Shown here: piece by piece, positions 1 through 10,831 of the stretch
Layout of the letters: every line of letters starts with the position of its first letter
Position numbering within the stretch: position 1 is the first letter of the stretch
NCBI GenBank assembly: GCA_963718565.1
Contig: OY970364.1
Span: 992,001 to 1,056,000 of the forward strand
Direction: 5' to 3'
Length of the DNA: 64,000 nucleotides
Origin: an uncultured Verrucomicrobiae bacterium
GTDB taxonomy: Bacteria > Chlamydiota > Chlamydiia > Chlamydiales > Rhabdochlamydiaceae
The notes under the pieces: model-generated
The model's input: only the letters and a program-made list of their open reading frames with translations
Databases searched by the model: none
What the model was told of the DNA's origin: nothing
Program-made: the position numbers and the translations under genes

Positions 1-1510
<1,510 letters not shown>

Positions 1511-1711
1511 TATTAGTTCTTTAAGCAATTTGCCTTTGAAAAATATAAAAAATTTACAGGCAAATAAGCTGAGTTATTATACTCACTTATCCGCACAAGC
1601 TCTATTTTGCTTGCACATCACTTCATTTCTGATGTTAAGAAAGACTTGAACCAATCTTGTTGACTCTGTTCCTTTTGTGTGAATCCTGAGATTTTATCAA
1701 AAGGAATCAGT

Positions 1712-1741
1712 AACATACATAAACTTAGGAATTTTCTGCAA
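1712..1741 (-). promoter_or_regulatory. Candidate sigma66/70 promoter of the rRNA operon
   Basis: Minus strand TTGCAG-18 nt-TATGTT, about 200 nt upstream of the 16S 5' end. Confidence 0.45.
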
Positions 1742-1861
1742 ATGGATTCGAAAAAACGTGGATTATTCGAGAGAAAAAATTAACTGTGCTGAGGTCTCAG
1801 ATCTTTTTGGGCTATTTGGAAATTTGGCCTTGTTACCCATTAGAGCTCGAACAGATAGATT

Positions 1862-2482
1862 TTATCCTATCCACGTTCCCTTGCCAGTCTTGTCCATTTC
1901 CATTTTGGACAGAACTAAAGGAATTCCTAAAGCGCTGAGTACTCCGCCGATAGCAACTCCAATGAGTGTTCCTATAATAGGGATGGGAATAAGAAAAGTG
2001 AATACAAATCCAAAAAAAGCCGTTAGTACAACTGCAACGGTCACCCCTTTAGCCGCCCTGCTTCTAAATTCAAAGTTTTCATTCTCAACCTTCACTTGCT
2101 GTTCCGCTTTGTATTGGCTTTGGTCGGGCTCAACAGGCGTTTTATCATTTAATTCTTTTTTATGATTTAATTTTTCAGGCTGAAACTGCTTGATCTTATC
2201 CTGATTTTCTATATCGCGCGATGAAGGAGGGGTTCCAATAATGATTTTTTCGGTCCGGTTATTGTAGTATGCATTAATCGGATCTTCTTCGTTAGAAGGA
2301 GAAATAAAGATAACTCGACAAGGGGATACCTGAACCCCAGCTCCTCTATCTTGATCTTCGCAGATAATTGGTTGCAAACCTGCAAGACGAGGGTCTGGAG
2401 ATCCAGAAGTAATTGCCGAGTTCCAGCAACCTTGGAAATCCTTAACCAAATGTTCAGGTGGTTGGATTGGGTGGGTAGACAT
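1862..2482 (-). CDS. Inc-like membrane protein with a C-terminal bilobed hydrophobic domain
   Basis: Polar Pro/Ser-rich N-terminus, then an uninterrupted ~45-aa hydrophobic hairpin (GVTVAVVLTAFFGFVFTFLIPIPIIGTLIGVAIGGVLSALGIPLVL). GAGG RBS before MSTHPIQ. Confidence 0.6.
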   Translation of the reverse strand: MSTHPIQPPEHLVKDFQGCWNSAITSGSPDPRLAGLQPIICEDQDRGAGVQVSPCRVIFISPSNEEDPINAYYNNRTEKIIIGTPPSSRDIENQDKIKQFQPEKLNHKKELNDKTPVEPDQSQYKAEQQVKVENENFEFRSRAAKGVTVAVVLTAFFGFVFTFLIPIPIIGTLIGVAIGGVLSALGIPLVLSKMEMDKTGKGTWIG

Positions 2483-2641
2483 AACATCCTCTTTTAAGTT
2501 AACCATCATTGTATTCTAAATTACCATTTGAAGACAAGGTTTTTTTGAGGATTCAAAAATTTGTAACCAGCTATTAATGAATAACTTGCGACTGAAACTC
2601 TCTCTTTTTTGACCCTGTATAGAGCTCTTTTTTAAAGAAAA

Positions 2642-3910
2642 CTAAAAGATGAGCCTTTCCCAGGCACCGTAGCGTTCTGAGACTTTCCCCTTACGGAAGG
2701 AAAGGGCAATCATTAAAATTCCACTGAGGGTATTATTCAAGATCCCAGGCAAGGGGCTCCCCGCAGAGGTCCAGGGAGCGAGGATGAGAACGATGCCAAA
2801 TAGGATGTTTAGATAGCGAATGCTGCGGAACACCTCCGCAAAGGCAATCATAGAAAAGGCGACAATCATGGGGCCTTCGATATAGTTGCTCATTGCAAGG
2901 CCTCCTTGAAGGTTTAAAAGAGAAGGGCTGGCCATAAGCCAAATTCCTAAAATGACGGAGACGACAAGATTCCAAGGAAATGTGACCCCAAACGAAAGTT
3001 TCTTTAATGGGCGACTGCGCGGTTTGGCTGCAACAATATCGAAATTAGGCACTCCTCCTTTCCAGAAAGCCTGCCATATCGAATCGCCTTTTTGTGCCAC
3101 CTCTTTTAAAAACTGGAAGGCACCCGCCAACTCTCCAGCGGTGAGAATAATCATCACGAGCATACAGACAGCAGTTGCTAGGCACCAAGAGCACCAGGCT
3201 CCCACAACGACGGGCTGCAAAATGATCAACGTAATGCTGATAATCCCAACCGGGATGACTAGAAATGCAAAGGCGAAGACAAGCCAAGGCATGTTAAACC
3301 AACGCCTTGAACTTCCCTGCCATCCCAGAAGAAATTCTAGCGTGTAGCAAACCGATCCCATCCCCGCATCGGAAACGGGGAAACTCTTCGAAATATTCGA
3401 TGTGATGACCCGTAAAGTGCCATCGACGAAAAAGGGATCCCACATATGATCGATGTAACCGAGCTGAAATGCTGCCATATAGCGAGAAAAAAACCAGCAT
3501 AGCATCGCAAGGGCCACTGTGGGGATGCGGTGTTCCCATCCAGAAGGATTGTAGGACCAGCCTTTCGGACAGCCATTTCCACTCATCGTTTCTTCTTTCT
3601 TTGCGAGCAAAAATGAAAGGACGATAGCAATAGCCCCGACTAAAGTATCATTCATGTACATTAAAGAACAGGGCGCCCAAAACAGAAGCGGCGCTAGTTG
3701 TAACCATACCCCTACGATACCAACGGCCCAGCCTGACCATACGCGCATCGGAGTTAAAGAAAACACACCAAAAATCATGAATAAAAACCCACAGAGAATA
3801 TCGCTAATCCCCACAGGATGTCCTTGATATCCGAGGGTCAATGGCAGTGCAATGAGCCAGCATCCTAAAGCGACGGTCAAAAGAGCGATTCGATTGTTCT
3901 TTTCAGTCAT
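2642..3910 (-). CDS. Vitamin K epoxide reductase family membrane protein with SPW repeats
   Basis: GWSYNPS, VSDAGMG, WCSWC (CxxC), and GIWLMASP/LILAPW SPW-type repeats. Confidence 0.85.
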   Translation of the reverse strand: MTEKNNRIALLTVALGCWLIALPLTLGYQGHPVGISDILCGFLFMIFGVFSLTPMRVWSGWAVGIVGVWLQLAPLLFWAPCSLMYMNDTLVGAIAIVLSFLLAKKEETMSGNGCPKGWSYNPSGWEHRIPTVALAMLCWFFSRYMAAFQLGYIDHMWDPFFVDGTLRVITSNISKSFPVSDAGMGSVCYTLEFLLGWQGSSRRWFNMPWLVFAFAFLVIPVGIISITLIILQPVVVGAWCSWCLATAVCMLVMIILTAGELAGAFQFLKEVAQKGDSIWQAFWKGGVPNFDIVAAKPRSRPLKKLSFGVTFPWNLVVSVILGIWLMASPSLLNLQGGLAMSNYIEGPMIVAFSMIAFAEVFRSIRYLNILFGIVLILAPWTSAGSPLPGILNNTLSGILMIALSFRKGKVSERYGAWERLIF

Positions 3911-4980
3911 TTTTCTATCATTTGTGCAAGGCCGTGGGGCACCTTGAGTTTATTTTCATGATACCACTCGATAGGATCTGTCTTAAGTTCTTGGATCCAC
4001 TTCGGAATGACTTGATCCACACGATGCTTTGGCGTCCATCCGAGAGTTTGCTTCGCACGTGTGATGTCCAATTCATAATGATCATCGGCAATTTCGATCA
4101 TCCAAGGTTTAATAAATCCTTTTTTCCTGAGGAGATGTTCTTGGACCCAAGCGCCAATCTTAGCGATTGGCTTAGGGATGCCCCAAGTTTTCCATTCTTT
4201 TCCATGGATTTGCCTCTGCATGAGATGTTGGAGTTGATCGTAGCTGAAGGTGACATCTTCGCCGATCAACAGGGTCAGTTCGGGGGGGAGTGTTTTGCGC
4301 TTTTGAACACACAATGCAATCGCTTCAATCAAATCGTCCATATGCACAAATGCAGCTCCATGAGTGACATCTCCTGCAAAAACATGCGCTTCAAACTGAT
4401 TTTCAATAATGCGCTGGACCTGGTTGGAGAGAGGGATAGAATGGCATCGGTCGTCATAAACCCCGGCAATGCGCAAGTTCACTGTGGAAATCTTTCCCCT
4501 TTCTTTGTGGATCGCAGCTTCGGTCTTCACTTTTGATAAGGGATAGTCCCAGCGAGGGACGACTGGACTATCTTCTGTGATTTTTACGCCAGGACAGGTC
4601 GGTTTATGGACGAGCATTGTCGAAGAAAAAATAAATTGATCGACGTCGAATTGTTGAAGCCCTCTCAAGAGTCGCTCTGTTCCCTGTACCGTAATTTTAT
4701 CGTACAGGGGGCTGTGTTGGGCTGAAAAGCTATAATAAGCTGCCAGGTGAATAACCGATGCGATCTTGTGACCATAATTTTTTTGGACATAGTCCAATCC
4801 TTCCTTCGTGCTTTGATCTGTTGCCAAATCGACAACGACAAATTCCGCTCCTGGCAAATGTCCTGCCAAGAAGATGTCGAATCCGACAATGCGAAAATCT
4901 TTCGAAAAAAATTCAGCGGATTTAAACCCAATCCGACCGCTTGCACCCGTAATTAGAACGATCTCTTTTTCGTTTGCCAT
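3907..4980 (-). CDS. NAD-dependent epimerase/dehydratase (extended SDR)
   Basis: ITGASGRIG, VIHLAAYY and YPLSK motifs; 4-bp overlap with the VKOR gene. Confidence 0.9.
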   Translation of the reverse strand: MANEKEIVLITGASGRIGFKSAEFFSKDFRIVGFDIFLAGHLPGAEFVVVDLATDQSTKEGLDYVQKNYGHKIASVIHLAAYYSFSAQHSPLYDKITVQGTERLLRGLQQFDVDQFIFSSTMLVHKPTCPGVKITEDSPVVPRWDYPLSKVKTEAAIHKERGKISTVNLRIAGVYDDRCHSIPLSNQVQRIIENQFEAHVFAGDVTHGAAFVHMDDLIEAIALCVQKRKTLPPELTLLIGEDVTFSYDQLQHLMQRQIHGKEWKTWGIPKPIAKIGAWVQEHLLRKKGFIKPWMIEIADDHYELDITRAKQTLGWTPKHRVDQVIPKWIQELKTDPIEWYHENKLKVPHGLAQMIEK

Positions 4981-5089
4981 ATCCCTTTCCCCCTTCTAGT
5001 TCAAATTTTCACTTTATATCATTTGACAAATTTTGCAAGATCTCAGAAAGAGAAAAAAACTTGTACTCCTGAGAATTTTAAGGATTTTT

Positions 5090-5401
5090 ATGAAAAAAAT
5101 ATGTCTTGGACTCTGTGGAATGTTAATATATGCGACAATCATCAATGCTGATGGGTTTAGTGAATTCGACAGAGAACTGATCGGGGCCAAAGATTTCCCT
5201 TTTCCCCCAGGTCAGGGGACAGAAGGATCCATTCCTGAAGCAGATGGATCGGAAACGCCAGATACGGCAAGCAAGAACACGGACTCTTATGATGACGATA
5301 CTTCTTCTAATTCTTCGCAAGAAAACGGAAAATCAGAAAAGGAATATGTCCCTGAAGGCCAGCAAGACGGATCCGATAACAATTCAAGCGAATCTCCGTA
5401 A
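5090..5401 (+). CDS. Small secreted acidic hypothetical protein
   Basis: AGGA RBS, signal-peptide-like start MKKICLGLCGMLIYATIINA, Asp/Ser-rich tail. Confidence 0.65.
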   Translation: MKKICLGLCGMLIYATIINADGFSEFDRELIGAKDFPFPPGQGTEGSIPEADGSETPDTASKNTDSYDDDTSSNSSQENGKSEKEYVPEGQQDGSDNNSSESP

Positions 5402-5414
5402 CAGGGAGGGTTTT

Positions 5415-6857
5415 ATGAGAAAGCCACACTTTTTCCGAATAGCATCTTGGCAGCTGCTCACTTGCAGTTTAGGCGCTGGGTCTTTAGGCTTCGCAGCTCC
5501 TTCCAATCCCAATCCTATTCAGGGAACGTTACATGTCGAAAATATCGACGCACACACATTCATCATCACTGTAAGTGAGGATGCCTATATTTTTTGGGAC
5601 GATTTCTCCATTGATGAGGGCGAGTTGATCGATCTTCATCAACCCTCTGCACAATCTATTGCTGTTGTTGAGGTAGTCTCTGATAAGCCGAGCACGCTCT
5701 TAGGCACCCTAAAATCTAATGGCAGTATCTATTTGATCAATCCTAACGGAGTATTTGTTGATGAAAGCGGATACGTTGACACCTATGGATTTCTTGCTTC
5801 TTCTCTTCCTGCTTGCCCTTGTCCGCTCATCGATGGCGAACGGGATGTTTTCATTCAGGGAGATTCAAAAGCGCCCATCACCAATAGGGGGCGAATCAAA
5901 GCTTGGGAAAATGACGTCTATTTGATGGGATATCAAGTGGAAAATAGAGGTGTCGTCGATGCATCGCGTGGAACGGTTGCTTTTGCTGCTGGACGGGATA
6001 TCATTTTAAATCAGTCTAATGGAGAAAAAATCGGTACTTTCTCTTCTCCAATCAAATATGAGAATGAAGAGACAGGCATCGACAATTCAGGTGTGATCAT
6101 CGCCTCCAAAGCTGAATTGAAAGCAGACGGCAATTCCTATTCTGTTGCGATTCGCCATTCTGGCTTTATCGATGTGATCGGGGTTGAAGGACAAAAAGGC
6201 TTGGCTTATTTAGTTGCAAACAAGGGCGACACTATCGTTTCTGGCGCCATCACAGTAGAAAGTGAAAAGGGGATTGGCGGCGAAATACACATCTTAGGGG
6301 AACGCATCTTCCTTTTTGAGAATTCGAATCTCGATGCCTCTGGAAACAAAGGAGGAGGAAAAGTGATCATTGGTGCAGATGCTGGAGAGCCTAATCCTGG
6401 AATCATTGCACAATTGACTTTCATCGATGAAGCCACTTCCATTCTTGTCGATGCCGTTGATGAGGGCGACGCGGGACAGGTCATCATTGGGTCCGAAGAA
6501 AAAACCTACTTTTACGGTTCCATTAGCGCTTGCGGTGGCGAGAAATCTGGAAATGGCGGAATTGTCGAAATCTTTGGGAGAAAAAGTCTAGATTTTCAAG
6601 GGAAGGTCGATCGTTTTGCCCCCTTTGGAAATGAAGGGATGCTTCTGCTCCACACGGACGATATGATATACCGCGCGCAGGAAGGTTTTGTGAATTTGGA
6701 CTCAGCGAGGCAAAGCACAATCGAAGCTTGCGGTCCGAATGACGAAGCCATAGTGAAAACTATGACTGAGGAAGAGGATCGATTGGGCAAAGCCGCAGCC
6801 AGTCCAAATTCACAAAACCTGACGGAGCGCGGTATAGTGGAAACCCAAGATGAATGA
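5415..6857 (+). CDS. Filamentous haemagglutinin N-terminal (TPS) domain protein with an in-frame palindromic insert near the C-terminus
   Basis: Signal peptide, WDDFSI, GTLKSNGSIYLINPNGV, GGEIHILGE, NGGIVEIFG; GGAGGG RBS before MRKPH. Confidence 0.85.
   Translation: MRKPHFFRIASWQLLTCSLGAGSLGFAAPSNPNPIQGTLHVENIDAHTFIITVSEDAYIFWDDFSIDEGELIDLHQPSAQSIAVVEVVSDKPSTLLGTLKSNGSIYLINPNGVFVDESGYVDTYGFLASSLPACPCPLIDGERDVFIQGDSKAPITNRGRIKAWENDVYLMGYQVENRGVVDASRGTVAFAAGRDIILNQSNGEKIGTFSSPIKYENEETGIDNSGVIIASKAELKADGNSYSVAIRHSGFIDVIGVEGQKGLAYLVANKGDTIVSGAITVESEKGIGGEIHILGERIFLFENSNLDASGNKGGGKVIIGADAGEPNPGIIAQLTFIDEATSILVDAVDEGDAGQVIIGSEEKTYFYGSISACGGEKSGNGGIVEIFGRKSLDFQGKVDRFAPFGNEGMLLLHTDDMIYRAQEGFVNLDSARQSTIEACGPNDEAIVKTMTEEEDRLGKAAASPNSQNLTERGIVETQDE
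6667..6836. repeat. TA-flanked palindromic miniature element (family B2), in frame within the TpsA-like CDS
   Basis: Ends are TATACCGCGC..AGGTTTTGTGAATTTGGACT and AGTCCAAATTCACAAAACCT..GCGCGGTATA. Net insert is 168 bp (56 codons). Homologous to 30692-30863. Confidence 0.9.
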
Positions 6858-7443
6858 TCTACAACCAGGAGGGAATTGCAATTCCCTCCTGGAAGAGGAA
6901 GATTCAAAACGCCTTTTTTTTGGAGCGCAAGCTCTAGCGCCATGGCCCAAAGATTATCCTCCTGCTAGAATGATCCCTGAAGAAACTCGTCATTTAACGC
7001 TGGCTTTCCTCGGACGACATTCTTTCTCGAAATTTCAAACGATTCTCCCCTCTATCCCACAGCCTTCATTTACAATTGGACCTGCGGGGATTGCTAAAGA
7101 GTTGATCTTTCTCCACTATCAATCGCTTTGGGAGCGCACTCTACTTTCTCCTTTCGATGAATTTGAGCACACAGCAGATATCGCTTTTTTAATTCGCGGC
7201 TATTCAATCCAAGAATTGCATCAGCATGCGCAATTGGCCTTAGCTTTCCAATTTCCTCCGCTGATCAAATTTTATCGTTCACAATCGCAAAATTCGCTTG
7301 AAGAAGTGATCATCTCCTTAAATGAAATCGTTGCCATGGCAGACACTGAATTTGGCTGCCCGTTCAAGGCTGTCAGCTTTCATGGCAATATCCAATCGGG
7401 TGATCAAAACATGTTACACTGGGAGATGGTTGTCGATGTCTAA
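6850..7443 (+). CDS. Fusion of a partial 2H phosphoesterase (ThpR/LigT-like) and archease
   Basis: N-part RLFFG..RHLTLAFLG (first HxT motif only). C-part FEHTADIAF..KAVSFHG..WEMVVDV is the archease signature. Confidence 0.85.
   Translation: MNDLQPGGNCNSLLEEEDSKRLFFGAQALAPWPKDYPPARMIPEETRHLTLAFLGRHSFSKFQTILPSIPQPSFTIGPAGIAKELIFLHYQSLWERTLLSPFDEFEHTADIAFLIRGYSIQELHQHAQLALAFQFPPLIKFYRSQSQNSLEEVIISLNEIVAMADTEFGCPFKAVSFHGNIQSGDQNMLHWEMVVDV
6865..6892. repeat. 28-bp perfect palindrome made of the collapsed ends of element family A
   Basis: CCAGGAGGGAATTGCAATTCCCTCCTGG; the core equals the two terminal repeats of 26889-27145 joined at TTGCAA. Confidence 0.85.
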
Positions 7444-8863
7444 TTTAAAACAGATCGCTCCTGCGACTTATCTTGTCCCTCAAGAAGGCGGGATGAGAGT
7501 TCCGGGACTGATCATCGCTACAGAAGAACTTCTCAAAGATATCGAAATCGACAAACCTGTTGAACAGGTACGTAATGTCGCCTGTTTGCCTGGCATTGTC
7601 GGTTATAGCATTGCAATGCCTGATATTCATTGGGGGTATGGCTTTCCCATCGGTGGGGTTGCTGCTATGGATGCAGAAAACGGTGTCATTAGTCCAGGCG
7701 GCGTCGGCTATGATATCAACTGCGGGGTTCGTCTCGCTATTGTTCCGGAAGCTTTTGCTAAACTCAAAGACAACATCAAGAGGGATTTGATCCAACGGAT
7801 CTTTGAGTATGTTCCATCAGGCGTCGGAAGAGGTCAAAAACATTCACGAAGCGTCAGCGAAAGAGATTACTTAGAACTTTTGAAGCAAGGTGCGCGTTGG
7901 TCTGTCGAAAAAGGATTTGGCTTCCCCATAGATCTTGAACATATCGAGAGCAATGGAAAAATCGAAAATGCCGATCCCTCATTAATTTCTGCGCAAGCCA
8001 AAGCGCGCGGCAAAGATCAACTCGGCAGCATTGGCTCTGGCAATCACTTTGTCGAAATCGGAGAAATCGAAACGATCTATCTCCCTAAAATCGCCAGCAG
8101 CTGGGGCGTCGAACAAGGTCTGACTTATGTGTTGATCCATTCAGGGTCGCGCGGTTTCGGCCATCAAGTGTGCCAGGATGCTTTGAATGCCTTCATCCGC
8201 CAAGGCTATGACAAGGATCTTCCGGATCGACAACTCGTCGCTGCGCCGATCAAAAGCGAGGCTGGACAAAATTACTTTCGCGCCATGGCTGCTGCCGCCA
8301 ATTTTGCTTTCAATAACCGACAGCAAATTCTTCATGAAGTGCGTACCGCTTTTCATGAAGTCCTCGGCACTCCTCCGGAAAACATTCATCTCGTCTACGA
8401 CGTCTGTCACAATATCGCAAAATTTGAGACCCATATTGTCGATGGAAAGCCGCGCTGCCTTTGCATCCATCGCAAAGGCGCGACTCGAGCATTGGGTCCT
8501 GGTGCGGAGGAACTCTCTCCTCTATTTCGCAAAACAGGGCAGCCTGTCCTTGTTCCTGGCGACATGGGCCGCGCCAGCCATTTGATGGTCGGCCTTGGCA
8601 ATCCGTTGACTTGGTGCAGTTCTTGCCATGGGGCGGGCCGGGCGCGCAGCCGAGTTAAGTCCATGGCTGCTTGGAAAGGGCATAATGTCATGGAACATAT
8701 GGCTGGGCAAGGAGTCACTGTCTTAGCGTCATCGCATCGGACAGTCGCTGAAGAAATGCCCGATGCGTACAAAGATGTCGATAGCGTCGTTGCTGCCGTC
8801 CAGGAGGCTAAACTTGCCAACAGGGTCGCCCGCCTCAAACCCCATCTTGTAATCAAAGGCTGA
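7436..8863 (+). CDS. rtcB: RtcB RNA ligase
   Basis: MPDIHWGYGFPIGG, GYDINCGVR, GSGNHFVE, HSGSRG, HNIAK, HRKGAT, PGDMG, SCHGAGR, EEMPDAYKD. Confidence 0.97.
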   Translation: MSNLKQIAPATYLVPQEGGMRVPGLIIATEELLKDIEIDKPVEQVRNVACLPGIVGYSIAMPDIHWGYGFPIGGVAAMDAENGVISPGGVGYDINCGVRLAIVPEAFAKLKDNIKRDLIQRIFEYVPSGVGRGQKHSRSVSERDYLELLKQGARWSVEKGFGFPIDLEHIESNGKIENADPSLISAQAKARGKDQLGSIGSGNHFVEIGEIETIYLPKIASSWGVEQGLTYVLIHSGSRGFGHQVCQDALNAFIRQGYDKDLPDRQLVAAPIKSEAGQNYFRAMAAAANFAFNNRQQILHEVRTAFHEVLGTPPENIHLVYDVCHNIAKFETHIVDGKPRCLCIHRKGATRALGPGAEELSPLFRKTGQPVLVPGDMGRASHLMVGLGNPLTWCSSCHGAGRARSRVKSMAAWKGHNVMEHMAGQGVTVLASSHRTVAEEMPDAYKDVDSVVAAVQEAKLANRVARLKPHLVIKG

Positions 8864-8884
8864 TCCGGTTAATAACAAAATAAA

Positions 8885-8919
8885 GAGGGAATTGCAAAAC
8901 TCCTCGCCAATAGAAAATC
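8885..8919 (+). repeat. Terminal remnant of palindromic element family A
   Basis: GAGGGAATTGCAAAACTCCTCGCCA is identical to the start of 26889-27145. Confidence 0.85.
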
Positions 8920-8939
8920 AGAGTCAATTGAGGATATTT

Positions 8940-9617
8940 ATGTCTTTGGCCAGATTTAAAACGATGATTTCGATCATCACAAGCGCACTGATCCTTCAAA
9001 GCTCGATACAAGCTGCTGCAACTGCGAAGCCCTCATCGCCTACCCCGATGCAAGCACTCTCTATGCTCATGGAAGGCAATCATCATTTTGTTAAAGGAGA
9101 AATGCAGCACCTCTCTTATATGGCAGAAGCTAAGGACAAACTCCTCGAAAACCAAACCCCTTTTGCAGTGATTGTGGGATGTTCGGACTCCCGAGTTCCT
9201 CCAGAGGTCATCTTTGATCGAGGGTTAGGAGAGCTCTTTGTCGTCAGAGTTGCCGGAAATGTCCTTGGACCTATTGAGATAGGCAGCGTTGAATTCGCTG
9301 TTGAAATACTCAAATCTCCTCTTATCATGGTCCTAGGCCATCAAAATTGCGGGGCCGTTAAGGCTTCTCTTCAAGGAAGTGAACATGTGCCAGATTTTTT
9401 AGAGGCAATCTACCCGTTGATTAAAGACGCATTGAAAAATTGTGAAATCATCGGGGCAAACGCCCTGACCAATGCGATTAATTGCAATGTGAAAAAGGGT
9501 GTAGAAACATTAAAAAATTCATCCATTATTGCCCCGCTCATCGAGAAGAAAAAAGTTAAAGTGGTCGGCGCTTATTTCGACTTTGATTTAGGAAAGGTCC
9601 AATTGATTTCGGATTAA
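8940..9617 (+). CDS. Beta-class carbonic anhydrase with a probable signal peptide
   Basis: GCSDSRVPPEVIFD, VRVAGNV, LGHQNCGAV. Confidence 0.95.
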   Translation: MSLARFKTMISIITSALILQSSIQAAATAKPSSPTPMQALSMLMEGNHHFVKGEMQHLSYMAEAKDKLLENQTPFAVIVGCSDSRVPPEVIFDRGLGELFVVRVAGNVLGPIEIGSVEFAVEILKSPLIMVLGHQNCGAVKASLQGSEHVPDFLEAIYPLIKDALKNCEIIGANALTNAINCNVKKGVETLKNSSIIAPLIEKKKVKVVGAYFDFDLGKVQLISD

Positions 9618-10657
9618 GAAGTTGAATTGAGCCTTGCGCGTTGCTCTTCCCATTTGAGGAGACCATTTTGCAAGTATTGTTTCCATCGCGTTAATCCATA
9701 GCTGGTAGAGACATGAGGGTATTCCAAGAGCGCAGAATGGAATCCATAATCGGTAAGAAATTTATTCATTAAGGCGGTATTTGTACGGGCAGTTCCGTCT
9801 CTCACCGGATGCAGCCATTCTAATCTCTGCTGTAATTTTGCAATCGCCCACAATCTCTGATCAGCCGTCGTTGCTCTTTCGACTTCTTGATAAAACCCAA
9901 ATAAAAATTTATTGAAGACACGACGGACTTGGTCTCGGCTCATCGTTTTATAGTTTAAGCGTGTCAAAGTCTGGGAAGAATCGGTATAGACCATTACGCC
10001 TAAACCATAAGATTCTCCCAATTCTCTTTTTAAGGCTTCGTCTAAAGCTTGGAATTCAATTCGGGCTTCTGGGGTCACAGCATAAGGTGCCCCTTTCGGT
10101 GTGCAGCTGACATAATCATCGCTGCCGCGGAAAACGCCGACTTTTTCTTGGCCCATTAAGAAAGCCGTCCGGTCTCCATTGAAGTGGGCGCAAGTATGTT
10201 TGTGGAGGAGTAAATACCAGTTGGCATCGATTTTAGAGTTGATGAAATTGTTAACAAATCCACAGGCCTCTTCCATGCTGGCGATAAATCCAGGCTCAAC
10301 AGTCCCTCGATGAGTCCCGCGATCAAAAACATGTTTGCCCAAGTGGTGGTATGCTCCATCGATGCATTCCCTCCACTTGTTCTCCCTTCCTAGTCCCCAA
10401 TAAATCTTTTGCAACGCTTCTTTGGACATGTTCCTATTGATTATAGGATAGGCTGGAGGAGCAAAAGGAGAGGTGATCCAACGATAGGCTTTAGAAAAAC
10501 AATCTGAGATTGCATCGCAGAACTGCTTCCAGATATGTGCAATTTTTTGACAGAGAGCCGAAGCTCCAAAAAAGCTAGGAACATTGGCCCGAATCTGTGA
10601 ATGGGACGAACTTACAGGCTGCGGACTGGAAATTGAATTTATACCGAAACAACACAT
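9614..10657 (-). CDS. Fic-domain protein, putative effector
   Basis: Fic-like motif LEWLHPVRDGTART near the C-terminus; Ser/Pro-rich N-terminus; paralogous to 29616-30681. Confidence 0.8.
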   Translation of the reverse strand: MCCFGINSISSPQPVSSSHSQIRANVPSFFGASALCQKIAHIWKQFCDAISDCFSKAYRWITSPFAPPAYPIINRNMSKEALQKIYWGLGRENKWRECIDGAYHHLGKHVFDRGTHRGTVEPGFIASMEEACGFVNNFINSKIDANWYLLLHKHTCAHFNGDRTAFLMGQEKVGVFRGSDDYVSCTPKGAPYAVTPEARIEFQALDEALKRELGESYGLGVMVYTDSSQTLTRLNYKTMSRDQVRRVFNKFLFGFYQEVERATTADQRLWAIAKLQQRLEWLHPVRDGTARTNTALMNKFLTDYGFHSALLEYPHVSTSYGLTRWKQYLQNGLLKWEEQRARLNSTS

Positions 10658-10765
10658 TTAACCCTTCTCCTGTCAAAAAAAATTAAAAATGTTATACGGA
10701 AATCAAAAACAAATAACAATTAAAAACAAATTTTTAATTTGTGATATAAGTTTATTTAGAACAAG

Positions 10766-10779
10766 GAGGGAATTGCAAA
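10766..10779 (+). repeat. 14-bp terminal remnant of element family A
   Basis: GAGGGAATTGCAAA. Confidence 0.6.
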
Positions 10780-10831
10780 GAAGTCAAAATAACAAGATGA
10801 TCAGGATAGAAAATAAACGTGAGGCTGGGGG

